Below are positions 48,528 through 59,034 of a stretch of DNA of 64,000 bases, in pieces. The position numbers and the translations under genes were made by a program. Positions within the stretch are counted from its first letter, which is position 1, and each line of letters begins with the position of its first letter. The notes beneath the pieces were generated by a model. The model worked only from the letters and a program-made list of their open reading frames with translations. It searched no databases and was not told the origin of the DNA. The DNA lies in assembly GCA_964270895.1 (NCBI GenBank), contig OZ185437.1. One strand, written 5' to 3'. This stretch comes from Podarcis filfolensis (lineage: Eukaryota).

Positions 48528-49924
48528 GTATGGATTGCAATATGGATTCCTTAAAATCAGCAAGTATAAAATGTATTCTTTTTAATTGAGTTCCTGCCAC
48601 ATACATATGAATAATCTTGTCGGGGGAGGCATGATTGGACAAGTTAGTGTAAAGAAGTGTTTTGTGTCGCAGGCGGCCTTCACATGCTATGGTAAACCAC
48701 AGTTACTCACCTTGAATGCATGGGTTTCTCCTGCTTCACTCCTCCTTTGGCGTGAGTGTGAGCAACCAGCCATGATTCCTACTTAGCGTTCTATCCGAAC
48801 TGGAGATTGTGGTTTATTTTGCTCAGAGAAAATTACAGCTGGTAAGCCAAGAACAAACCTTGGCTTAAATTCCTTGGTTTGTTTGGAGTTAAACAAACTA
48901 CCATCCCCGCATCAGATTTAACACTAAACTAGGGATTGTGGTTTGCTGCTCCCACTCATGCTAGGGGACAAGTGAAGAAGGGTCCACCTGTACATTCAAA
49001 ATAAACCATTAACTGTGGTTTCCAGTGAGATGTGAACATAGCCATATTGTTAAACCTATGCATGGAAATGCTTTTCTTTCTTAATATTCCACATCAGGAG
49101 TAACCAGTGTGGTGCACTCCACATGTTGGACTATAGTTCCAGTGATCCCTGACAAGCGGCTATGTTGGCTGGGGTTTATGGCAACTGCAGAGCAACAACA
49201 TCTGGAATGTAACCACAATTAACTAGCCTGGTCTAGATCAATAGCTTTCTTTTGTTTGAGGCAGCATGCATTGTATCAGAAGCAGAATTCCTAAATGTGA
49301 CCCTGGAATACTTTTCACAAGTGGGAAGTAAACATCCTTCATGCTTTATGAATTTTAATTTAATTTATTATACTTGTGTAGTAAGCTCAAAGCAACGTAC
49401 AGAGGGCTCCATGTTTTCTTCCCAGAAGGAAACACCCGCTGAGCACTCCCAGACCACTCACTGAGCTTGTAGAAAAGTAGGGGAACTAGCATGGCATAGA
49501 AAAAAGTTCCACCCTAGTCCTCACTTTATATCCATTTCTATTATTTTGCTTCTTCGATTCTTTTAATTGGATCAACAATCAAACATGAAATCTGTTGTCT
49601 GTATTCTGAAGAGGTGGGCTCCCAGCAGGAATGTACTAAGTGGCAGCTTAAAATGATCAGAATTGTGGCTGGGGTGGGTGTGTTTCCTAAAAGTATACAT
49701 TTCAAGCGCCAAAGGCCAGGTTAAAGGGGTGCATCTTCAGCATTCAGTGGAAACTATATAGTGAAGATACCAGATGCAGCTCTGTGGGGAGAGAGTTCCA
49801 CAACTGCTACAGAGAATGTCCTCTCCTGGAACACATGCATCCCTGAGCTTCTGGGGGTGGTGTAACTGAACGTAACACCCAAGGGAGTCTTCCAGGGATG
49901 GATGTGGTATTTCATATATTTGTG

Positions 49925-50200
49925 GCCTAAGCCATCAGTTCAAACACTAGCATGACTTTGAATTGGGTCCAGACATGAACTGACAACAAATGCATCTGCT
50001 TTAAATAAAACAGGGTTTGTATGAATGAATGTAATGCCATCCAATATTTTGCTGCTGTATTAGGACCAGTTGGAGTTTCTAAGACACTGTCAAGCCCCAC
50101 ACAGAGCGCATTGCAATAATGCAGTCTGGAAGTTACCAAGGCATGGGGTAGAGTGGCCAAGTCAGCTGAGTCCAAAAGGGACCTTAGCTGGCACCTGAGC
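49925..50200 (-). mobile_element. Decayed L2 fragment
   Basis: Translates to DLATLPHALVTSRLHYCNALCVGL. Confidence 0.75.
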
Positions 50201-50507
50201 CTCCAGTCACAGTGTTAGATCCAGGAAAACCCCAAAGCTCATTCCAGGGAAGTACAATCCGGTCCAGCACAGACTGTCCCCGCCTCCCAGTTATGATAAC
50301 TGAGGACACCTAACACTTCCGCTTGGATTCACAATCATTCCTCCTCATGGTATAACTCACTTGTATTAACGTATATTGTTAATATCGTACTTCCCCAAAC
50401 AGTAGCTGCTTTTGGGTACTATATTTCAGTCTTTGAATGACTATTGCAACTCTTTCCTCCTCCCCTAGTTCTTTGTTGCACTGAACAACACAATGTTTGT
50501 TGTCATA

Positions 50508-50644
50508 NNNNNNNNNNNNNNNNNNNNNNNNNNNNNNNNNNNNNNNNNNNNNNNNNNNNNNNNNNNNNNNNNNNNNNNNNNNNNNNNNNNNNNNNNNNNN
50601 NNNNNNNNNNNNNNNNNNNNNNNNNNNNNNNNNNNNNNNNNNNN
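50508..50644. other. Assembly gap (137 N)
   Basis: Seen directly. Confidence 0.99.
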
Positions 50645-50919
50645 GGCTCTATACTGAGCTCTTCATTTTGCACCTTTGCCACCCATTCTTAGTAAAGAAT
50701 CCCAAATGTGCAACTTACATTCAAATGCACCCCAGACCCGTTTTAGGGGCTAAATGCAAACCCCTTCATCTCTAAACTCTTGGTCTTGGGGGGTTAATGG
50801 ATTTTGTGCTCAGCTTTCTATAGTAGTATCGCTTTATCTGTATAATGCTAAAAATGTTAATCCTCAGTTCTTGACATGAAAAGGTTTTTGTAATGTGACG
50901 TTTTTCTCTGCCATATTAG

Positions 50920-51004
50920 GTGTTCAGAGAAGCACCCAACAGAGCGAGAGAACTGGAGGCCCATGTTCATCAGCTTCATCTGGTGCCACAGACAATGCCA
51001 CCTG
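50920..51004 (+). CDS. UTRN: UTRN hinge exon, 85 nt: VFREAPNRARELEAHVHQLHLVPQTMPP(G)
   Basis: Acceptor atattag, donor CTG/GTGAGC. Phase 0 to 1 bridges the flanking exons. Similar to human ICREVPTTLKE and to the start of DMD ex48. Confidence 0.85.
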
Positions 51005-51790
51005 GTGAGCTCCGAAAAGAGAACGTGCTTCTTTTACAGGACAGTTTTCAGAATTCTTTGTCATCTCATTTTTTGATCTTTAAGGCCATGAACGTTTTAG
51101 ATTCTGTTTCTGTTTAAGGGCATGGCACTGAGTCACTAAGACCATGCGTCCAAGTGTATTGAAAGGAAATTGGCTTCTAATACATTTTATGAACAAAAGA
51201 AAGTACATTTGCAGACTTCAAAATTAACAGAAATTAATCCCTTTCACCATTTGAAGTTCTGTACTGACATATTCTTCCATCAGTATGATTCAGAGGATCA
51301 ACAATGAATTCTTGCTTCTGACTCAATAGCACTTATTTCACTGGCAATAAATGTTTGAATTTGTTTCTTCCTGGAACTTAATCAGATAGTAAACTAGGAT
51401 CAGCTGCAGGTTGTGACTTTTCCTGTGGGTGACAGCTTAACGATGTGTAGATTTTGACCACACATTATTTGAATGTTCCTAAACTGCCTGGGTATTGGGA
51501 TTGGCAGTGAATTTCTCACACCTCACCAGATCTGTCAGTGATGAGTATGTCATCAACATTTTCACATCATTCTGGACCAGGAAGGCAGTAATCCAGATGG
51601 TGTTTGGAACAGAAGGCTAACCCTTTAAGGTTTTTAACTTGTTTAGATGGGGTTGGAGAAAAAATACAGAGGATGTTTTTAAAATGGCAAGAATTGCTAT
51701 TTTGTTGCTTGTTTTTCCAACTGCAAATAAATTCAAGTCCCATACTAAGTGCAATTTGAAATACCAAGTGAATTGTGTTGTCTTGTTTAG

Positions 51791-52005
51791 GTTACCCTGT
51801 TCTCCAAAAGATGGTGCTAGTGTCCTCTGCCTCTGAAAATGTTGCTCAAACTCAGCAGGCTTTGGAAATTTCTGCACCTGCTGATCTGGATAAAACTACA
51901 ACAGAACTGGCTGACTGGTTGGCACTGATTGACCAGATGCTCAAGTCCAACATAGTTACTGTGGGAAATGCTGAAGAAATCAATCGGACAATTGCACGCA
52001 TGAAA
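51791..52005 (+). CDS. UTRN: UTRN exon (ex51 paralog), 215 nt: [16 protein letters not shown]...[20 protein letters not shown]...ARMK
   Basis: Acceptor tgtttag, donor GTATGT; phase 1 to 0. Confidence 0.96.
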
Positions 52006-52292
52006 GTATGTGGTGCCATGAAGTGTTGTGTTGAAATCCTGAAGATATTTTGAGTCCCTGCTTTATTTTTTGGTGGAAAAAGATAGAATTTGGTTTAGAT
52101 GTGGATGATTTCTTTGCTTGTCTTGAAAGGCTTTGAGCCTTTGTGAGTATTACGAATGAATATTCGCAAAGACTTGAACGCTTTGCATATGTTTGATGGA
52201 ACTTGCATAAAGTGCTTGCCTTTGCTCCTTACTCTACTCAACCCTGCTTGAAACTTATATTGGAGCAGAAGAAATTGGGGCCCCCTTCCCAC

Positions 52293-52473
52293 CAGTGGCG
52301 TAGCGTGGGGGGTGCAGGGGGGGGCGGGCCGCACCGGGCGCAACATCTGGGGTTAGGGCAAATCCATGGGTTAGGGGGCGCAAATCGATGGGTTAGGGGG
52401 CGCAAATCCACGGGTTAGGGGGCGCAAATTACTTGCCTTGCCCCGGGTGCTGACAACCCACGCTACACCACTG
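52293..52473. mobile_element. hAT-type MITE, 181 bp, with GGGTTAGGG-containing tandem repeats
   Basis: 17-bp TIR (16/17 match); perfect 8-bp TSD CTTCCCAC. Confidence 0.9.
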
Positions 52474-53911
52474 CTTCCCACTGAGGATCCTCAGCAGCAA
52501 TGAATGGTTTGTGTCCAGTTCCAACTGAACCTTCTCCATTGCAAGCTGCTGAGGACTGGCTACCCTAAAGCACTGCTGCCTCCACTTTTCTTCTGCCCCA
52601 AGCAGGTTGCTGGGAAAACTTGAAGCAGGCGAAGGTGGCAAATGTGCACAGTCTTGCTCAATGAACAATGCTGTGTTTGCCCTCGTCTTGCTGTTTGATT
52701 AATGGTGCTCCCATTTAGGAGCGCTTCTTCTTTAACACATTACTTCTGAATTTGTTCTGTGTTTGATGGTTAAGTCCTATAGTATAATGCCTTTCTGTAA
52801 CCCGATGCCCTACTATTTTGAAGTCAGCACTGATAAGTGATTCCTGGGTGTTCATTTATATGTGTGTTGTGTTCTGTTGTGTCTAGCACATGACATACAA
52901 TGCAGATTACCAGAACACGTTCACCTTCCACAAAACATGATCATTATCTACAAATAGGTGTAGTGCATTCAACTAGAAATAATGAAATTCAATTAATGTA
53001 GGTTAATTGCCTTGCTCAATAATTGTTAAACATTGGGATGCAGCCTTAGGCAGCCTGTGATTGTTTAAAGAGAGATGTGAATATCTACACCGACATTTAA
53101 AATTGCACTGGCTGAAGTTAAAAGGGAAGTGATTACACATATTTATGTTGACATTTTCCTTGCTTGTGATATTAGCAACATAGTGAAGTGAAAGCAAGCA
53201 GTAGCTAACAGCTTTAGGGTACTTGTGTGTGTTTTAAACATAACCTTCATAGCAGTGGTCAAATTAATTGTCAAACACTTTGCTGCAATAATACATGTAA
53301 TGCAATTTCATGGGATTGATCTCTGAGGTCCTTTCAGCTGCCTGTCTTTGGACACACAAACTTATTATGAGTATGATGGTTCATTGTAGAGATTTTAGTC
53401 TCAGTTACTTGTTATGAAGAAAGGGTTTGTTAATATGGTACTCATGCAGGTAAAAATGGAATTTTCTTGTGAAAATAGTACTGAATATATAGTGTGTGAA
53501 GTCCTAAGGACCAAAATAAAATATTGCGAATGCCCACACCCTGCCCCACACCCTTGGAGCAGATAAATATAGGTAAGATGTCCTGATAGCCTGAGGAGAT
53601 GTCACAGAATGCATGAAAGTCTGCAAAGTTAAGCCCAGCGCAACAATAAGATTTTAATCCAGGTATATTTTCTCATCCACTCATGTCTCATCTCTGTATA
53701 GATACTGCAAAAAAAGTTGAGCCTTTATTTTAATATGTTGATCATATTGGTTAGTACAGAAGTAGTGAGAACATTGTAATATGTTGATTAAGAAGTTACT
53801 AACTTGATAACCTTCTGTAATATAAATGTGAATATTGTTGACTTTCCCCCATGGTTTATTCTTTATTTAAATCTCAGAAAGTAACACATTTTTAATTCTG
53901 GCTCTTAACAG

Positions 53912-54029
53912 ATAACAAAAGAAGACTTAGAACATCGACATCCCCGGCTGGATTTTGTTTTTACCTTGGCTCAGAATCTGAAAAATAAAACATCAAGTTC
54001 TGATGTTAGGACAGCAATCACAGAGAAAC
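53912..54029 (+). CDS. UTRN: UTRN exon (ex52 paralog), 118 nt: [39 protein letters not shown]
   Basis: Acceptor ttaacag, donor GTATGT; phase 0 to 1. Confidence 0.96.
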
Positions 54030-54092
54030 GTATGTTCCCAGTGGACAGAAGTGTGAGGAGATGGGTACAAATGCGCAATAGTTACGCTAGAG

Positions 54093-54228
54093 CAGGCACC
54101 CCCACACTCGGCCCTCCAGATGTTTTGGGACTACTGCTCCCATCATCCCTGGCTAACAGGACCAGTGGTCAGGGATGATGGGAATTGTAGTGCAAAAACA
54201 TCTGGAGGGCCGAGTTTGGTGATGCCTG
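54093..54228. mobile_element. hAT MITE, same family as 14052-14187, opposite orientation
   Basis: Ends CAGGCA / TGCCTG; TSD CGCTAGAG / CGTTAGGG; shared core ccctccagatgtttt. Confidence 0.85.
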
Positions 54229-54538
54229 CGTTAGGGGAAAGGCGACCAATTTTTATTAACAGTGACTACTGAAGGGATGCAGGGGCCAGAGCTTGCAATG
54301 GCCTGGGTGGAGACTGACATAATCTGGCAAGTCATGGTTGGAGGCAGGATGGAATATGGAGGAGACCTGAAATTTTACCACATATCAGAATCCAGCATAG
54401 AGAAAAGCAAGCTATATGTGGGAGTGGTGGGAGCTTCATTGCCTCTTTATACATTTGAACTAATATTGGCTTGGAGGAGGAGAGACATTTAGTGGTAATT
54501 ATGAATATGCATTTATGCTTGTAGCATAAATGTGTGTT

Positions 54539-54540
<2 letters not shown>

Positions 54541-54574
<34 letters not shown>
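54541..54574. repeat. (AG)n microsatellite
   Basis: Seen directly. Confidence 0.98.
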
Positions 54575-54576
<2 letters not shown>

Positions 54577-54792
54577 TCTAGCAAAGGGAATCCATGTGTA
54601 GAAATGAACTTGTCCTTCTGTGAAGATGAATGGGTTAGTTTGTGAGAGCTGTGCGTAACAGCTTCCCAAGGGCTCAGGGTTGGCTTCAGTGATTTTTGGA
54701 TGGTTACTCTGAGTAACAGAAAGATTGAGGATAATGTAATAGCCACAAAATGCTTTTTGTTTGGTTACATGTTCCTCCTTTGTCCTTTTCAG

Positions 54793-54998
54793 TGGAGAAA
54801 GTTAAGAACCAATGGGATAATACACAACATGGGGTAGAAGTACGTCAGCAGCAGTTAAAACGTATGCTTTCTGACAGCATGAAGTGGGATGACCAGAAGC
54901 AAGAAATGGAGAAGCTAATTGGACAATATGAGATCCACCTGCATGCCCTTCTGCAGTCTCCTAAAGAGAAGCTCACCAAGCAGATTGCTGAAAACAAA
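54793..54998 (+). CDS. UTRN: UTRN exon (ex53 paralog), 206 nt: EKVKNQWDNTQHGVEVRQQQL...KQIAENK
   Basis: Acceptor cttttcag, donor GTAAGT; phase 1 to 0. Confidence 0.96.
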
Positions 54999-55669
54999 GT
55001 AAGTTAAAATGTGCTTTCTAATTTGATTCTCTGAATGGTTTATGAATCCATCTTGCACTTGTCTTATTCACATGCCCAGAAAAATATATTTGATAATTGA
55101 CAATTTACATTTTGTAGATGAAAAATTGCTTTCTTTAAATTCAAAATACTTGTTGAAAGTTAGTTGTTTCTGCAGCTACCTTTTGAAAGAAGTTGCCTTT
55201 GAGAATGACTTATTATCATTTATTAAATTTGTATCTTATCCTTTCTCCTGAAGAACCTTGTAAAGGCTGATAAACCTATTCTAAAGATTGGAAGTCTTTG
55301 TTATAAAGAAGGGCTTCAAAATGCACATAGAACTTGAATGCTCCCTAGCATATAGGAAGCTGCATTATTCTGAGTTAGACCATTGGGCCATACAGCTCAG
55401 TACTATCAATACTGACTAGCAAAACGTTTGCTTTACACAGGAACACACCTGCACATTTTACTCATCCCTTCTCCCTGATTTAGTCATACCTATGCTGAGG
55501 ATCACTTGATCATTCTGGCTGGGATCCAGCAGTCTCCTTGCCTTCCATCTTTAATCCATTGGCGTGTAAAATTAGTCTGTCAGCTTGTAAAACCTTGCTG
55601 AATAGATCTTTTCAAATCTAAGTAACACCCACATTCAAAAATGTTTTGTAAAGTGTCAATTAAAAAAGA

Positions 55670-55830
55670 CATAAGATCCATGCTGGATCTTTCTGAAGGT
55701 CCATCTAGTCCTCCATGCGGTTCTCACAGATTCCTATGGGACAAGCAGGACAGGAGCCCAACAGCATTTGACCCACTTGTGAGTCCCAGCAACGCATTCA
55801 GAGTCTTACTGCTTTTGACAATCAAGACTA
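55670..55830 (-). mobile_element. CR1-type 3' tail
   Basis: acataaga...gctggatc...ccatctagtcc motif. Confidence 0.55.
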
Positions 55831-57019
55831 GCAGCTACTGATAGCCTCAGCTAAGAAACAGATGAAAAACCTGCTTTTTTTAATGGTACAACATAACCTT
55901 CATCACTAATCCAGGTTTATGTCTGTTTCATGCTTCTGTGTATATCCATAAATTTTATTACAGATAATGGAACTTTAAACTTGCAAATAAATACACCACA
56001 AATAAATGTCAGCAATGTTACAAGGAACATGAAGGGCTAAAAATAAGTATTCATGGATATATTTCATTTGTTCTATTATAGATGACCATGCATAATGTTT
56101 CACCTACATTGTATATTTTTATTTGGAAAACAAATGATTTAAACATCATTCATGTTTTGTTGTTGTTGGAGGCACATCTGCATATTATTTATGTTAGTTT
56201 AAGCGGACATAAAATTCAGACCACAGTTTCTCTATAAAAATATAATCTCATTTGTACTTTGCGACTAATATTATGTTTGGAACAGCATAGCTCTCCAATT
56301 ACTTTTTAAGGCTAGACAGCAAATATGTGAAAAGTTTAGTAGTTGAGGATTTGCAAGAATGTTTCAGGAGAGCCTTTTAAATGATTGATTCACCCATTGA
56401 TCCTCACTATTTTTAAAATGTGGCCCTTCATCTTTGTCCTCCTACCTTTGGTTATGAACTCCCTGGGCATGGATGTTTCTCCTTAGAACACATCTGATGC
56501 TAAATGCATGGTATATAGTGACACTAGTAGATGCTCTTTAAAATGACTCCGATGTTAAAGTCTATTCTCTGTTGCTAGGGAAAGTAGTTTACTCATGTTA
56601 CAGTTCCTTCCTTTAGCTAGCAGGCAGGACTGGAAGAAGTTGACAGGAAAGAGATGAACATTTTGCCCCTTCAGCCTAAAATAGATTCTGTCTGGCAAGC
56701 AGGAGGTTGGGTTGCTGCAGGGCACCACATCAGCCTCCAGTAATCCCTCCTCAACTCTTCTCATAACCCAAAAGAACTAGAGTCATTAGGGGAGAAAGAT
56801 CAGCCCTGCGTCACAACTCATTACAGAATACAGCAAAGGCCATTGATGAAGTAGCCCTTATGACGAGCAAGCAATAAACAATTGGACCCAGTACCTCTTC
56901 CCAACATGGTATTGAGAGTAACTCCACATCTTTGCCATGCACTGGAATGAAAGTTCACTTAAAGCCATTTAATCATCTCTACTTTCTTTTAACTCCTCAT
57001 CACTTCTATAAACCAAATC

Positions 57020-57470
57020 TGGTGGATCCTGCTGGATCAGACCAAAGCCCTATCTAATCTAGCATCCTGTTATCACAGTGCCGGACCAGATGTCTGTTGG
57101 AAGCCTGTAAGCACAACAGCACTCTTGTGTTCCTCTGCAAGTGGTATTTAAGGAATACTGCCTCTGATATTGAATTTAGTACACAGTCACCCTAGCTAGT
57201 AGCCATCAATAGCCTTAGCAGCCATGAATTTGTCTAAAGCCCCTTTAAAGCCAACCACATTGGTGGCTATCACTACATACTGTGGTAGTAAATGCCACTA
57301 TTTCACCTATGCACTGTATGAAGAAAAAATGTTCTCCATCTGCCCTGAATCTTCCAACATTCAGCTTCAGTGGATGACCCCATGTTAAAGTATTAGGAGA
57401 AAGGGAGTAAAGAGTCTCCCTATATACTTTCAACACACCACACACAATTTTAAATATCTCTTTTATGCCC
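57020..57470 (-). mobile_element. CR1 LINE 3' end
   Basis: Reverse translation GHPLKLNVGRFRADG; 3' UTR motif. Confidence 0.8.
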
Positions 57471-57811
57471 CCCCATTCACTTTATTGACTGGAATTTTAT
57501 TTGTGTTGTGGGGAAAGGAGCGATTTAGACTTTTCTGATTCTCCTTCCACATTACTGATGAGTTTCTGCTAGATTGCAGAATCATGGGGCTGTTCCTTTC
57601 TATTAAGATTGTAGTTGATGTCTCTGTGGAACAGACCCTTCTACCTTCCTGATTTGTCATTTTTTTATTTTTGTAGTTCACAACATTGGTTGAAAGAGTG
57701 ATCCTTTAATTAAAAAGTATAGTCAGAGTTTGAGAAACCATATTTGATTTTCAGTTTTACACTGATATCCCCCTCTTGCTTTTTCTTAACTACTCTGAAT
57801 TTGTTGCTTAG

Positions 57812-57966
57812 ATGTTACTACAGGATTTAGATAAAGGGGATACCAAGATGAGTCAATTCAATGATCTATCAAACAAACTTCTTCAAGACTACAATGGTGA
57901 TGACACAAGAAAAGTGAAGGAAATAATGGATCACTTGAATACCTCATGGATCAACTTGAAACAAAG
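57812..57966 (+). CDS. UTRN: UTRN exon (ex54 paralog), 155 nt: MLLQDLDKGDTKMSQFNDLSNKLLQDYNGDDTRKVKEIMDHLNTSWINLKQ
   Basis: Acceptor tgcttag, donor GTATGT; phase 0 to 2. Confidence 0.95.
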
Positions 57967-58715
57967 GTATGTGCAAACAAACGTGTGCCTCAAATTCATA
58001 TTCTATTAATTCAGGTATAACCTAAATTGGGGGCTTTCTTACCAAGTGTATCTAAATCAAGGAAGAACTCTAAACTGTTCCTTTGTGCAGCGCAAGCCAA
58101 ATGAAGCTGGTCAGATTTCTGATTCTTTTTTCCAGCATGGATCCATGTGTAGCCAGGTCTTTAAAGTTCCTGAGATATTTGTTTAATAAATATGGGCTCT
58201 TGGGAAGGTCCCTGTTTTTGGAAAATATAAGGTTGTATCATTAACTATTTTTCTGATCAGCATTTCCAGCCCTGTTGAGAGGAGTGCTCCATCAAGATTG
58301 CCCACCTCTTCCTTGTCTATGCTATGTTGTCAACTGTCTTGTGCTTTTGGATTTTCTTGACATCCCTATCACCAAGGGTACACAAAACCTACTGAAAGTG
58401 AAAGCAGTGCTTCCTGAATATGGAAACATTTTCAATTCCTTCTTTAAGTCATTTTTGGAAAATGGTTGAAAGAAAGGTGCTTTTTGATGTTTCCAAATCT
58501 CATTTGGTTCAGCCCCAAGTACTGTAGTGCCAGGAAATAACAGATTTCATTATGGAAAGTCCTTGAGCAGAAAAACAGCTATCTGTGTCTCCTTCAATGT
58601 AATGAGAACATATCATTGTTTAGCAGCATTCTGCCTGACCCAGTCAGGTAGTGGTCAAAGGAAAAGATTATGCATGTGCAACATACTTGGACATCCCTAT
58701 ATCCACAGGCTAGAG

Positions 58716-59034
58716 CAGGGGTAGGGAAATGGATCTGGCCAGTGGGCTTGATCATTATTTTCCTCATCTCTTGCAGGCCAAGTATGACCTGGCTATGGGT
58801 CTTGCTGAGTGCTGTTGCTCCACAACAGAGCACTTTGCAAGGGATTCAGCAAGACCCATCAATCAATCAGCTGATCATCAGTGCCTGCAAATGGACTTTT
58901 GGATGAGTCAGATGTTTCTTTACATGCCCCATGCCTGAGGTCGTATATGGCATCAGCTTTTAGAGCAAGTGGGCATAGCTTGGCGGAAATGGCCTTCCAG
59001 TTTGGGTCCACGAGCCAAAGGTTCAGCACCCCTG
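58716..59034. mobile_element. hAT-type MITE, 319 bp
   Basis: Ends CAGGGGT / ACCCCTG; TSD GGCTAGAG / AGTTAGAG. Confidence 0.7.
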
